NCBI GenBank assembly: GCA_964016885.1
Contig: OZ024741.1
Coordinates: 103,106,001-103,170,000 of the forward strand
Source: Eledone cirrhosa
Taxonomy: Eukaryota
Direction of reading: 5' to 3'
DNA: 64,000 bases
In this document: piece by piece, positions 37,053 to 49,374 of the stretch
How positions within the stretch are numbered: position 1 is the stretch's first letter
Layout of the letters: each line of letters opens with the position of its first letter
The notes under the pieces: generated by a model
The model's database searches: none
What the model saw: only the letters and a program-made list of their open reading frames with translations
What the model was told of the DNA's origin: nothing
Program-made: the position numbers and the translations under genes

Positions 37053-38314
37053 ATGTATCCTAGTACAACCTGTCCAATGGCTGGGTCGTTAGCGACTAAA
37101 TTGGCAACCCCACCAAGGTTTCTTGGTGAGGAGGGTGACTTTGGACATCCTGCAGGACTAAAAACAAAACCTGTCAAAGGGCAAAGGATCTCTTAAGAGT
37201 CAATGGCCATCCAAAATCACCGGGAGAGATGACCCCTTAGCCTTTGTCAAGGCAGAATTCTAGGAGAAGGAAAACTCTGATATAACACCTGCAACCCTGA
37301 TGGTATCCAATGATGTTGACTTGTTCTTCTTTTTGGTAAATATCATCTTGGTTAAGAGAGTGGGACTGGCTTTGTGCAGTGCCTTTGCTCACTATAAAAG
37401 CTTCACGGCACAGGCATTGCTTTATATCTGGAGATCTCTCTGCACTTGTCGTCACATGGTACCATGGGCCCAGCACTATGTGTCAATAATTGTCACAAGT
37501 GTAGTGTTTGTACCAGATTTTTAAGTCGCTGGCTGGACTAAAAAGTCACACTTGTTCAGCGCATCGGTAGGGGTTCTCCTACATGGATATAAAGTAGTGG
37601 CCGTACTCGAAAACGAGTTGGCAGCCGCCATATAATGTATATATATATATGTATGTATGTATATATGTATATATATATATGTCAGGTCACCAGTTGGTGC
37701 TACTGGTAACATGTATCCCAGTACAACCTGTCTCATGGTCGGGTCGTTGGCGACTAAACTGGCAACCCCACCAAGGTTTCTTGGTGAGGAGGGTGACTTT
37801 GGACATCCTGCAGGACTAAAAACAAAACCTGTCAGAGGGCAAAGGAGCTCTTAAGAGTCAATGGCCATCCAAAATCACCGGGAGAGATGACCCCTTAGCC
37901 TTTGTCAAGGCAGAATTCTAGGAGAAGAAAAACTCTGATATAACACCTGCAATCCTGATGGTATCCAATGATGTTGACTTGTTCTTCTTTTTGGTAAATA
38001 TCATCTTGGTTAAGAGAGTGGGACTGGCTTTGTGCAGTGCCTTTGCTCACTATAAAAGCTTCACGGCACAGGCATTGCTTTATATCTGGAGATCTCTCTG
38101 CACTTGTCCTCACATGGGCCCAGCACTATGTGTCAATAATTGTCCTACCATGGGCCCAGCACTATGTGTCAATAATTGTCACAAGTGTAGTGTTTGTACC
38201 AGAGGTTTCAAGTCGCTGGCTGGACTAAAAAGTCACACTCGTTCAGCGCTTCGGTAGGGGTTATCCTACATGGATATAAAGTAGTGGCCGTACTCGAAAA
38301 CGAGTTGGCAGCCA

Positions 38315-38318
<4 letters not shown>
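37053..38318 (+). mobile_element. Two tandem RTE-derived bipartite non-autonomous elements (37053-37632; 37681-38318)
   Basis: 5'UTR-like CTAGGAGAAGGAAAACTCTGA joined to a C2H2 remnant HKCSVCTRGFKSLAGLKSH and a 3' tail. Each ends in (TA)n. Confidence 0.75.
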
Positions 38319-38408
<90 letters not shown>

Positions 38409-38410
<2 letters not shown>

Positions 38411-39228
38411 CTGCCGCGAAGGGGCTGCTTTCGGTTATTTGTCGGAGATTTCTTCATAGGAGCCATTATTCTTATAGCTTGGTCTAATTGATTTTTATAT
38501 GGTTAATTATACTAATTGGGAGAGGAAACGGTATATATTTTATCTGGCGATTCTATAGACATGTTTTATGATATATAGCTCTGATTATTTAATTTATTAA
38601 TTCTTCATTGGGCCACAAAGTGACCCGTTGCAAAACACATATATTTATGGCTTTATATATATATATATGTAAACCTTTATATGTAATAATCTCCCGTTAG
38701 GTTGAGATACAATTTTGGCTGTATTGGGCTGCGCTTTCTAGCAAAAAGCCTACCAGCCGTAAGCAACTAATCACATCCTTTCTAACTTGACCGCTGCCAC
38801 GTCACGATTCTTAGCCATGTTTTACTGTATTCTTGGCGCGATCACTTTGGAAAATTAATTGTCTAAATTTGAGCTAACTTCCTGAAGAATCCGGAGCTCT
38901 AGATTTCCAATGTTATCGGATGTCTTAAAATGCGGATGAAACCATGGTAGATGTAATTAAATATGTACACTTTCTTCTAGTTTATTTTACACCTAATTCT
39001 GTTTAGTTGACTGTATATCTGGTCGATTTATAAATGCTGTCGAAATATTCGATAAATGATCCGTCGTAACCGCCGCGAAGGGGCTGCTTTCGGTTATTTG
39101 TCGGAGATTTCTTCATAGGAGCCTTTGTTCTTATAGCTTGGTCTAATTGATTTTTTATATGGTTAATTATACTAATTGGGAGAGGAAACGGTATATATTT
39201 TATCTGGCGATTCTATAGACATGTTTTA

Positions 39229-39232
<4 letters not shown>
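38409..39232 (+). mobile_element. Retrozyme-like partial tandem element, 659-bp monomer
   Basis: 38409-38577 repeated at 39068-39237. One HHR. (TA)n flanks. Confidence 0.8.
38877..38954 (+). ncRNA. Type I hammerhead ribozyme
   Basis: ACTTC-CTGAAGA-ATCCG...CGGAT-GAAA-CCATGG-TA^GATGT. Confidence 0.82.
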
Positions 39233-39270
<38 letters not shown>

Positions 39271-39275
<5 letters not shown>

Positions 39276-39497
39276 AATGCATAAAAATGCTGAAACCGGT
39301 AATAGACAATTATTAAATATATAAATAGATAAATAAATGCCATTGTTAAATAATAAATAAATCAAGTGATACCTTAACACTTCACACAAAGTAAAACATT
39401 TCGTTTTAATCATTTTCTAACCCAGAAAAAAGAGAGAAAGAAATAAAAAAGGAAAAAAATATATTTTTCTTCATAATAATCCTCTCTTTCTCCCTGT

Positions 39498-39537
<40 letters not shown>

Positions 39538-39666
39538 GTGGAACACTGGAAGGTAATATCAATAGTGGTAGAGCACTCAGTCCAAGGTACGAGTTAGGTA
39601 GATGTGGTTACACAACAGTTAGTTCACCATACTGAGAACAATTGTTTCACCTTCGCGGATCTTCAT
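39271..39666. ncRNA. Two hammerhead remnants truncated at the CUGA core (39271-39306 +; ~39633-39666 -)
   Basis: TGATAA TGCAT aaaa ATGCT GAAA CCGG TA and TGAAGA TCC gcgaa GGT GAAA CAATTG TT. Each abuts TA-rich repeat. Confidence 0.5.
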
Positions 39667-39688
39667 ATTTATATTTGTATATATATAA

Positions 39689-39744
<56 letters not shown>

Positions 39745-39864
39745 GAATGTGTCTAAAAACGTCCATAAGTATGTATATATATGTGAAAATGTATATAAAT
39801 AAGTAAATATATATATATGTTTGATGTGTATAGTTAGATGTAAGTGTATTCATGTATTAAAGTG

Positions 39865-39937
<73 letters not shown>

Positions 39938-40499
39938 ATGTATATGTGTGTATATGGATGTGTATGTATGTGTATGTGTGTACACATGGACTAGAGTATG
40001 TATGTATATATGTATGTGTCTATACGTGTGTATATAAAGATAAGTTGAGTATGAAAATGTATACACATGAGCGCGTATGTATGTACATGAATACATGTGT
40101 GTATATATATGTGTATGCATGTGTATATATATGTAAGTATGAATATGTGAATTGTGAGTATATGTATTTTGTAGAGGTGTGCAAATATATTTATGTGTGA
40201 ATGCGTGGGTGAAAGGATACGTACACTTGAAAGAAAAATTTAAGTCTGAATGTTAATTAAGTGCAAACACAAAACCAACCACGCATATCTTTACTATCTC
40301 TAATCCTTCTATAGATTTAGAAAAATAACCAATAATATATTCTATAAAAAATGTCAAAACAACAGATGGGAATCTAATTACTCACTGCCACCAAGAATTC
40401 TCACTGCTATCGAAAAACCACTCCTTCAACTATTCTTCTAACAACTTCACCCCTCCCTCCTAATATTCTCTATAAAAGCTAAATAGGTCCTCAGTAATA

Positions 40500-40552
40500 T
40501 TATTCTGATGAAATGACAGTAAATAATAACATTGAAATATTGAATGTCTGCA
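40500..40552 (+). ncRNA. Degenerate hammerhead core
   Basis: CTGATGA AATG...CATT GAAA TATTGAATG TC. Stem I absent. Confidence 0.35.
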
Positions 40553-40650
40553 TAACTAAAAGTTTGTAGATAGCAGCTGTTTTAGGTTATGTAACTGTTA
40601 TAGAAACACGTGTCAATAAATTCCTTTCAACTAAACTGTATCCATTCAAA

Positions 40651-40653
40651 TCT

Positions 40654-40738
<85 letters not shown>

Positions 40739-42314
40739 GAAGTTGAACGTTGTATGTTTGGTGTCCCGAACCTGCACGCTACACCGTTCATCCGATTTTC
40801 TTGAAACTTGACACATATATAAAACTCGACCGGTTGATTGGAATAGGCTACTTGAATCGGACCCCAAAATTCGATATTTTCAAACATCGTCCGATTTCAA
40901 TGAAACTCAACGTACGTATGTATTTTGATCCGGGGATGAACGTGGACTACATTCAATTTTCGGAAAATCGATTATTCGATCACCAGAGGCAAACATCGAT
41001 ATTTACGAAATTTGTCCGATTCCAATGAAATTTGATGTAGGTATGTATTTTGATGCGTGGATCAACGTGGGGTATTTGAAATTTTGAAGAATTCGATAAT
41101 CGGACCCCAGAGGCAAAAATCTGAACACTTAATTCGTAAGTGTTCAGACTTCCGTATGCTTTTATTTGTTATTGATACAACACCGACTACAATCATCTAA
41201 CTTCACTTTGTAGGCTAGACGCGAATCAAAAGGAAAATAATCCTCTGATATACAACCCCACCAAATTCTTTGGTCTACCTAGATTTCAATGGCTATATCC
41301 TTTGCTTTTGTACGGTTGTACATTTGACAATATCGCAAAACATTATTCCACTTGATTCTTACCGTTCAGCTATGAATTGGGCAGTGCCTTAAAATCCCGG
41401 TTTATTTGCGTGCAAATTTTTGGTATCTTATGAATGAAGAATCGAAAACCCTTTTTCTCATAACCTGATACATGCGTTACACATGCTCCATGGATGTTTG
41501 CGGACTATTTTTTCAAAATACCAATATCACAGATTGGAGCACAAAAAGAAACGTTTTTCTTCATTTATTTCTGTTTAAATCCAGCGCCTTATAACCCCGA
41601 GTGTAACCGGGTACACCAGCTAGAAAGACAAATGGAAACAGTTTCCTCGGTCCGATTTGACGAAAGTCGATTTAGTTCCACAACAAATTAACAAACCATA
41701 CTTGCTGTTGCAAAGGGCAATAACCCTAGACACAATTTTGATCAACTTTTTTTCACCTATAGCCAATTTACCGGCACAGGGTTTTAGCTACTCAAATCTA
41801 CTGCAGAGGTCACGCATTCATGTAAAAAATCAATAAAACTGAAGCGGGAGTTCGACTTTGCGCAGAAAACAAGGCAAAGTTGCACATGGGAAAACTTTTT
41901 ACAGGAACGTTCGATTTTCTTGAAAACTGTCGCAAAAGACGCGCCATTATGTCGCGGTTCAGATAAAGTCCCTCTTATTTCTTCCTCTGCACATGTGAGC
42001 GTGAAAATTGTAAAGAAAAAGAAAAAACTGAAAAAATCGAGTTTTTCACCCTGCTTTAAAAATCAACTGAAAATTCAATTTCAAGTGAGTTTGACTTCCG
42101 TCAGTCGTGCAAAGAACAATTTCAACGATACACTGTGAACCTACAATTGATCCATTATTTATGCTCAATTACACACCTGCGTCTACTAACCTCTGTTTTA
42201 TTTTTGAGGTTCGAAGGTTTTTGCACCTGTGATGCGCGGGATGTAACTTTCACACATTTTAACAACAGAGCAAAGGTCGACTTACACCCGGGCAACGCCG
42301 GGTACTTCTGCTAG
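40651..42314 (+). mobile_element. Non-autonomous Helitron
   Basis: 5' A^TC..(TA)n AAGTGAAG. 3' hairpin CCCGGGCAACGCCGGG then CTAG^T. Internal ~100-bp imperfect repeats (TCCGATTTCAATGAAA). Confidence 0.7.
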
Positions 42315-42366
42315 TATATATATATATATATACATACATGTATATATATATATATATTTATATATG

Positions 42367-42413
<47 letters not shown>

Positions 42414-42417
42414 ATAA

Positions 42418-42525
42418 TAATAAATTTGAAGACTAAAATCTAAAGAGGGCTCGATAAGGATAAATAAAGATCCCGTTAAGGGTGAAAGCACCGATTCTTT
42501 GCTTAAACTTTAATCTGTTATTTTA

Positions 42526-42596
<71 letters not shown>

Positions 42597-44126
42597 TAAC
42601 AGATTAAAGTTTAAGCAAAGAATCGCTGCTTAACGGGATCTTCTGAAACTAACAAAGTCAATCTGTAAACGCAGAACTGGATATTTCAAAAAACGTTGCA
42701 ACCGGAGGAAGACAGGAAGACGATACTTTGGTTCGTGGAAACGTTCGCTGGCAAAGAACGGGAAAAAACGAATATAATACGTCATTAATAGGAGCGGTGA
42801 AAAACAATTACGCGCAAAGACAGAACCACGTTTATGGTATAAAAGAGGTCGTAGACTAATGTTCTCTTAGGTGGTTCATAGAGACGTTCTCTGGCAATGA
42901 ACGAAAAAAACGAAGATAATACGTCATATGTGGAGCGTGGAGAACAATAGCACGCAAAGACAAAACCACGTAAATGGTATAGCAGAAGTCGTAGACTAAA
43001 ATTCTAACTAGGAGACCGAATGACCTCCGCTACAGAGTTAAGAGCAAAGTAAATAAATACAATACAGAAGTAATAGAAATAAATAAATACATACACGCAA
43101 ACAAATACGTACATACACAAGCATATGCAGAACACTTACCATCGGTATACAAAACCACGCACATATAAATATGTGTGTGTGTATGCGTGTATACAAATAA
43201 ATAAATAATTATATAAACGTATATAAATAAATACGTATATAACAAGCGCACACACATACCTTCTCCTTAGAGCTATCAATTTCGCTAAAACACTCACAGT
43301 GTTTAAGGATTTCGAAGTTGATGTCATCCTCAATGCCCGAAAGTCGGTGATTAATTTCGACGACTCTATTTGGATTAAAAAATCCAATAGTACCCCATTC
43401 GACGTGAGTATGGGCGCCAGTGATTCTGCGGAGGTTACTGATCTTATCGGCCTTTTCCTTCTTTTCTCTATCAAGGACGAATTCCCCAACGCGGGCGGTA
43501 GTTTGTACCGTGACGATGGTCTTTTGACCATGACTAAATGCGGACCGCGTGCTTGCGACAGGTTCAGAAAATAACTCACAGCCTTCTTTAAAGGCTTCAA
43601 CCTCTCTATACAGGTTGAGGCCAATCTCTCGGTCGTTAATTACCTCGACGTTACCCTCAATTTAATGAATGGGTTGTATTACCCGTATAGAAAGCCGAAT
43701 GATACGCTTAATTACATAAGTAAGCATTCCAACCATCCTGCCAGCATAACCAAGAACCTGGTAAGAAACGTTTCGTTGAGGCTTTCCCGTCTTTCCACCA
43801 ACGAGCGTATTTCAACGACCATTCCACTTATTACAATGAAGCTCTTGCTCGAAGTGGATTTGTCGATAAGGTAGCATATACAGAGTACGAAAATAGACCT
43901 AGAAGAAATAGATCCCGTCGCATTTGTTGGTATAATCCACCATATAATATGGAGGTGGCCACACCATTAGCTAAGATCTTTCTTTCCCTTATTACGAAGC
44001 ATTTTCCCCCTACACATAAGTATAGTAAAATTTTTAATAGAAATACTATTAAAATTTCTTACTCTACGACTCCTAACTTTGCACATAACATCACAGCTTC
44101 TAATTTAGCTAAACTACCTAGCCGGT
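42418..44126 (+). mobile_element. Naiad-type PLE: inverted pLTR (to ~43260) plus RT fragment
   Basis: FDVSMGASDSAEVTDLIGL, LYRDDGL, NYLDVTL, YRKPN..SNHP, WYNPPY, IKISYS. pLTR shared with 60420-61695. Confidence 0.88.
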
Positions 44127-44488
44127 AGAGGGGGGGGGGGGGGGGTCACAGGTTGTTTTTTTCATAAATGAGTGTTTGAATTTCTTTTTACTTGAAAAGT
44201 AAGGCTTTTTGGGGGTTGGTTATAAATGAAATTATGGCTGTCACGTGAACAAATTTTGATTAAATTTTCGTGCCCTTATTTGGAAATCCATTCTGTAGCC
44301 TTTTTAGAGAATTTTATGATAAGTGAAAGATAATGGATGGGAGAATTGTTCTGGTTCAGTGAATATGGTTAGTTCGCTGGGGTGTCACCAACCAAAAAAA
44401 AGCCTTCGTGAGCCCCTTTTTTCAAGTAAAAAGAAATTCAAACACTCATATATGAAAAAACAACCTGTGACAACCCCCCCCCCCTCTT
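44127..44488. mobile_element. MITE-like element with ~80-bp terminal inverted repeats
   Basis: AGAG(G)n TCACAGGTTGTTTTTTTCAT.. and its reverse complement at ~44400-44488. Confidence 0.55.
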
Positions 44489-44833
44489 ATTTGAAGAACT
44501 ATTGTAACGCGAACTGGCGCGAAATTTATTATAATTATTGACAAACCAATCAAATTACTTCTCGAAAAACCTGGCATTTCGAGCCACTTTTTCCATATAA
44601 AACAAGTAACATTCAGAGACCAACCAGATGTGAGAAAAACCACAGACCCTCCATCTCAACTCACCTTTTGAAAAGCAGAAGAACTGCGTAACCAGTAAAG
44701 GAACCAAATAAATATATATATTTTTTTTTTAAATAAGACTCCAGTTGCATTTTCGATTTCGTCTTTTTTTTCTTTATACTTCCACTCGTGTAGGACACCT
44801 CGGTTATTTTTCATTTTGTAAAAAAAACCTCAC

Positions 44834-44940
<107 letters not shown>

Positions 44941-44991
44941 AAGGCTCTGATACCATCAACACCATAAACACAGAGGTGTCTAAGAACTGAC

Positions 44992-45051
44992 TTACTGCTT
45001 GATGAGATCATAGCCATTCAATGGCTATCATCGAAATATATATAGCAGTAA
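44992..45051 (+). ncRNA. Hammerhead motif, C3U core variant
   Basis: TTACTGC-TTGATGA-GATcATAGCCAT tca ATGGCTATcATC-GAAA-TATATA-TA^GCAGTAA. Confidence 0.75.
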
Positions 45052-45090
45052 ATAAAGGATTATGAGTTCATGCAATTGACTTATGTTTCG

Positions 45091-45139
<49 letters not shown>

Positions 45140-45144
<5 letters not shown>

Positions 45145-45403
45145 GTCTTAAGCCAGAAGGCTCATTTTGCCGGTGCGTACCACGGCGTGAAACAACTGAG
45201 AGTACAAGACTCCTCCCTGGACAGGACGCCAGTCCATCGCAGGATTAAATCCCCAGCCAATGTTGGTACTCATTTTCAGCTGAGTATACTGGAGGAACGT
45301 GAAATGAAGTATTTTGCTCAAGAACACAACACTCAATCCAGGAATCGAATCCACGACATCATGATCGTAAATCCAACACCCTTACCACTAGGCCACGTGT
45401 CTC
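45140..45403 (-). mobile_element. CORE-type tRNA-SINE, full length
   Basis: TGGCCTAGTGG, GATTCGATTCC, GTTCTTGAGCAAAATACTT, GCGATGGACTGGCGTCCTGTCCAGGG. Confidence 0.8.
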
Positions 45404-45838
45404 TACTATATATGTGTGTGTGTGTGTCTTTGTAAAGTACGAAGCTCTGAGTAAATGAGTCTGTATATAAGGGTGTGTGGGAGGTGTTAGTAATTTAGCA
45501 CATACACATTACGGACCTTCGGACGGTGTAATGTCCGATAACTTAACAGGGAACTAGATTTGATCAACTTGTAACTTTCGAGTGAAACAATCTATTTTTT
45601 TTTTTTTTTTTTTAATTCTAGGATACTCCGTAGCCTCTATACTAGGAAGTCAATAAGCATTGAATTGATAATATTAAAACGCCTAAATAATATTAAAACG
45701 CCTAAAGCTAAATTTGTAATATTGGAACGATACCAACTTGCACCGAAATACTCGATTTTGTGGTTTATTTAATTTAATAATTATATGCAAAGATATATTT
45801 ACCGTCATTAAAGAATAGTATATGTATCTATATATCTA

Positions 45839-45911
<73 letters not shown>

Positions 45912-46266
45912 TAAACAATTTTGTATGTGTCTAATTGAATATTATATATATATATAGTCTTTAAGGTTTTAATTGAAACTTGGAAATTGAGAAGATTCAT
46001 AGCAAAAATATATAAAAGAATAAAGAAAACCCACGTAAGTGGGTAACTCCTTGAAATTAACTTTAATTATTTCAATTAGATTTTGCAGCTGTCGGCTTCG
46101 AAAACCGATTTCTTTAAGTACGCCTTCTTGGACACTGCGTTCCATTAGCATAATTACCTGCTGATAATGCTTAGTTAATTGGAAATAACGAATAACGTGG
46201 AAATTAAAAGACATCCAGTAACGTATTGAGCTAAACAGATTTTGTTATAGACTTTTGTTGTCTTAG

Positions 46267-46612
46267 AGGCGGTTAATTAGCAGAGTTGTTAGGGTGTGGG
46301 ATTAACCCTTCCGTTACCATATTTCTAATGAATAACAGTCTATGATTTCAAGAATTTGAAGAAATTGATGGCTGGAATATAACAAAGGTTGTTACATAAT
46401 ATTATGGTGGAAGGTTTTTAGACAAATATAAATGCTTTGAAATAAAAATGTTGTATTGTAGATCTATGGGCGGTTTCGGGCAGCTTAGTGTTATAGGTGT
46501 TAAATGTTTCGGTATTTGTCCCGGCTCACTGCGCTTTGAATTAAAATCCTGATGGGGCAAACTTTACTTTTCATCCATTACGGGATCGATAAACAAAATA
46601 CCAGTGCAGAGT
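46267..46612 (+). mobile_element. Nin-SINE interrupted by a TTAA-flanked (piggyBac-like) MITE at 46306-46499
   Basis: SINE head 46267-46300 resumes at ~46504. Insert begins TTAA-CCCTT and ends GGTG-TTAA. Confidence 0.55.
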
Positions 46613-46778
46613 GGGTAGTGAATTATTGGAATTGTTAAAGAAACGGAGAAAAGTAATTGTTTTAAAGGGTGGTTAGAAACGTTGATAGAATAGTTTGCGG
46701 CATTTGATCTAGTTCTCAGTTTTCACCCTTTTGAATTTTATGAATAAAGTATCAGTCCTGTACTATAGTTGATTCTCT

Positions 46779-46921
<143 letters not shown>

Positions 46922-47732
46922 AAAGTATCCGCCACGTTTAAATGACCAAAACACGCCGTATATTACGATGGCACCCCTACAACTCCATTAAAAGTTTATA
47001 AAAATTAGAGGTTCATAAAAACGGAATTATACTTAGATGCGGCAAAAAAAAAGGCTTAAAGAATTTATTGGTTTCTGTAATTACATTTTTTACAGTTTTT
47101 GTCAAGTAGAGAAAGCCCTATATTTTTTACTTTTATTTTTCCAGGGTCCCTCCAAATCATGACGGTATCTAAAGGGGGACAAAGTTATGTAAAATCTACA
47201 AATAGAAAAAAATAATAATAATATTGCCTAGAAAAGTGTAAGGGTTTTAAATAGATATAACAAGATACAAACAATTATAAGTTTGTAAGGTTGCATGAAT
47301 AATTAGAATTATAAGATTAAGGAATTTTCAAAAACAATGAAGATTACTAGAAATTACAGACACTGTGCTAAATTTATATAAATAAGGCAGTTATTCATTT
47401 ACTTCTAGTAGCCAGTATTTATGAAAGTACATTATTGGAAGAACAAGGGGCTGTGAAGCTATTTCGTGCGGGGCTGTTTCACCTATGTAAGTTGTGTTCC
47501 TATTCCTACACTATCCTACATCTTATGATATATACTACGTTCCTAGTTTTGCAGTTAATTTGTGGCTTATTTGTTTCCTATCAGTGAAGGTTTTTTTTGT
47601 TTTTTTTGTTTTTTCAAAAGAATATGCTTTTAAGGGAATACATTGTCTTTCAACTATCTTAATATTTAATTTTAGTTTGTCTAGAGTCTTCTAAATCTGT
47701 AAGCTGGTACGCCTCTGGGGGTTGTATTGACG

Positions 47733-47867
47733 AAACATTTTGAAGACCATTCGCTATAAATTTCAAACTAGTGATATGTCACTTACTTATTCTCGACAAT
47801 TGCCGAGAATAAGTAAGTGACAAAGTCACTACTTTGAAATTCATAGCAAATGGTCTTCAAAATGTTT
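47733..47867. repeat. Imperfect 135-bp hairpin/palindrome
   Basis: AAACATTTTGAAGACCATT...AATGGTCTTCAAAATGTTT. Related to 15780-16011. Confidence 0.75.
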
Positions 47868-47944
47868 TTAATTAAACATACAGTATATTATCCAATATAC
47901 TATACATACATTCATATATACATCGCTATTTCAGAGCACCGATA

Positions 47945-48009
<65 letters not shown>

Positions 48010-48012
<3 letters not shown>

Positions 48013-48174
48013 AACCAGTGAGACCCCGACGGCTGAGCTCAAGCCGTTTCGACGTCGAAACGGCTTGAGCTCAGCCGTCGGGTCTTACTGGTTCCTATTA
48101 CCCACTCTACTACTTTAAGTATTGAGTACTTTGGTGCGTTATGGTCCACCTGGTTCCTTACCACATTTCCTTCG

Positions 48175-48176
<2 letters not shown>
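48010..48176 (+). repeat. Fold-back pLTR repeat with hammerhead 3' half
   Basis: Palindrome centred on TTCGACGTCGAA. GAAA-CGGCT tgagctc AGCCG-TC. Confidence 0.75.
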
Positions 48177-48232
<56 letters not shown>

Positions 48233-48387
48233 TCAAATAATTTTAAAAACCATACACTGCTTTAAAAAATTAAAGGTGCCAGGATAACGATAGAATCTTA
48301 CGATAGAATCTTACCTTAGCAGTATCAGGGGAGTATCCCTGTGAAGGTCCTAAAAAATTGGTCGGAGATGAGTTTTTGTTCCTAACA

Positions 48388-48430
48388 ACTTCCTTGATAA
48401 TGGGTTTTTAAACCCGAAAATATTTGGGAT
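48388..48430 (+). ncRNA. Degenerate hammerhead-like motif
   Basis: TCC-TTGATAA-T-GGGTTT tt AAACCC-GAAA-ATAT-TT^GGG. Core mutated. Confidence 0.35.
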
Positions 48431-48634
48431 AGTTAAATATAGGTGGCATTTCTACTGGTTGAATATATGCCTGTGTGTAGAGTCTGAGAGATGTGTGTAT
48501 GTTTGTATGTATGTGTGGGTTTGTTGTGCATGGGTGTATGTATATATGTATATATATGTGTGTATATGTATATATATATATATGTATATATATGTGTGTA
48601 TATATATATATATGTATATATATGTGTGTATATG

Positions 48635-48679
<45 letters not shown>

Positions 48680-48682
<3 letters not shown>

Positions 48683-48977
48683 TAGGTTTATAATTATCGA
48701 TTTTCATTATATTTTTGTAGTTGTCACGGTGGCCTAGTTGGAGGAATCATAGATGCTAGTGATCCTCGACTGAAGTTCAATCCTGGTAGGTAGTAGGGTT
48801 CCCGGTAAACCTTTTCAGTTTACTTTTTCTATTGGTTGTGAAATAAAAACTGTTACATGTACCTTTTGACCAGCATTGAACCCAAGGATAGGATCTCCAC
48901 CGTCTCTAGTACCTACCGCTGGGCCACAGAGTCAGCTACGAAAATCTTATGAAAATTCATACTTATAAACCTACTTT
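48680..48977. repeat. Diverged inverted repeat with convergent tRNA-like (A/B box) sequences
   Basis: Arms 48680-48790 / 48866-48977. TGGCCTAGTTGG..AGTTCAATCC and TGGCCCAGCGG..GGTTCAATGC. Confidence 0.55.
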
Positions 48978-49152
48978 CAAAATTTTCAAAACAAAGTGTT
49001 GTGATGTAGTTCAAGTCTTTCTTAATGTGATTGCTCCCAGTTAGGTCGACTTCTAAATCATTTCGGTGTTCCATAAACTACATCCTCGTTTTGTTTCACA
49101 TATATCTAGACTATATTTTAACCTGTAATCCATGTTTCATTTCTGTTGCACC

Positions 49153-49211
<59 letters not shown>

Positions 49212-49212
49212 G

Positions 49213-49281
<69 letters not shown>

Positions 49282-49374
49282 TGTGTGTGTGTGTGTGATT
49301 TTTTAATCTACTATGATTTGGGCTTACTTTATTCATATATATATGTTTTTGCATGTCAGATTCAAACTTACAAT

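Noticed and set aside
40780-41120. Spaced repeats as a CRISPR-like array
   Set aside because: Imperfect ~100-bp tandem units inside a Helitron in eukaryotic DNA, with no unique spacers or cas genes.
33285-44126. Selenocysteine recoding in the Naiad fragments
   Set aside because: Cys positions seen use TGT/TGC, the RT stop at 43572 is TAA, and no SECIS was recognised.
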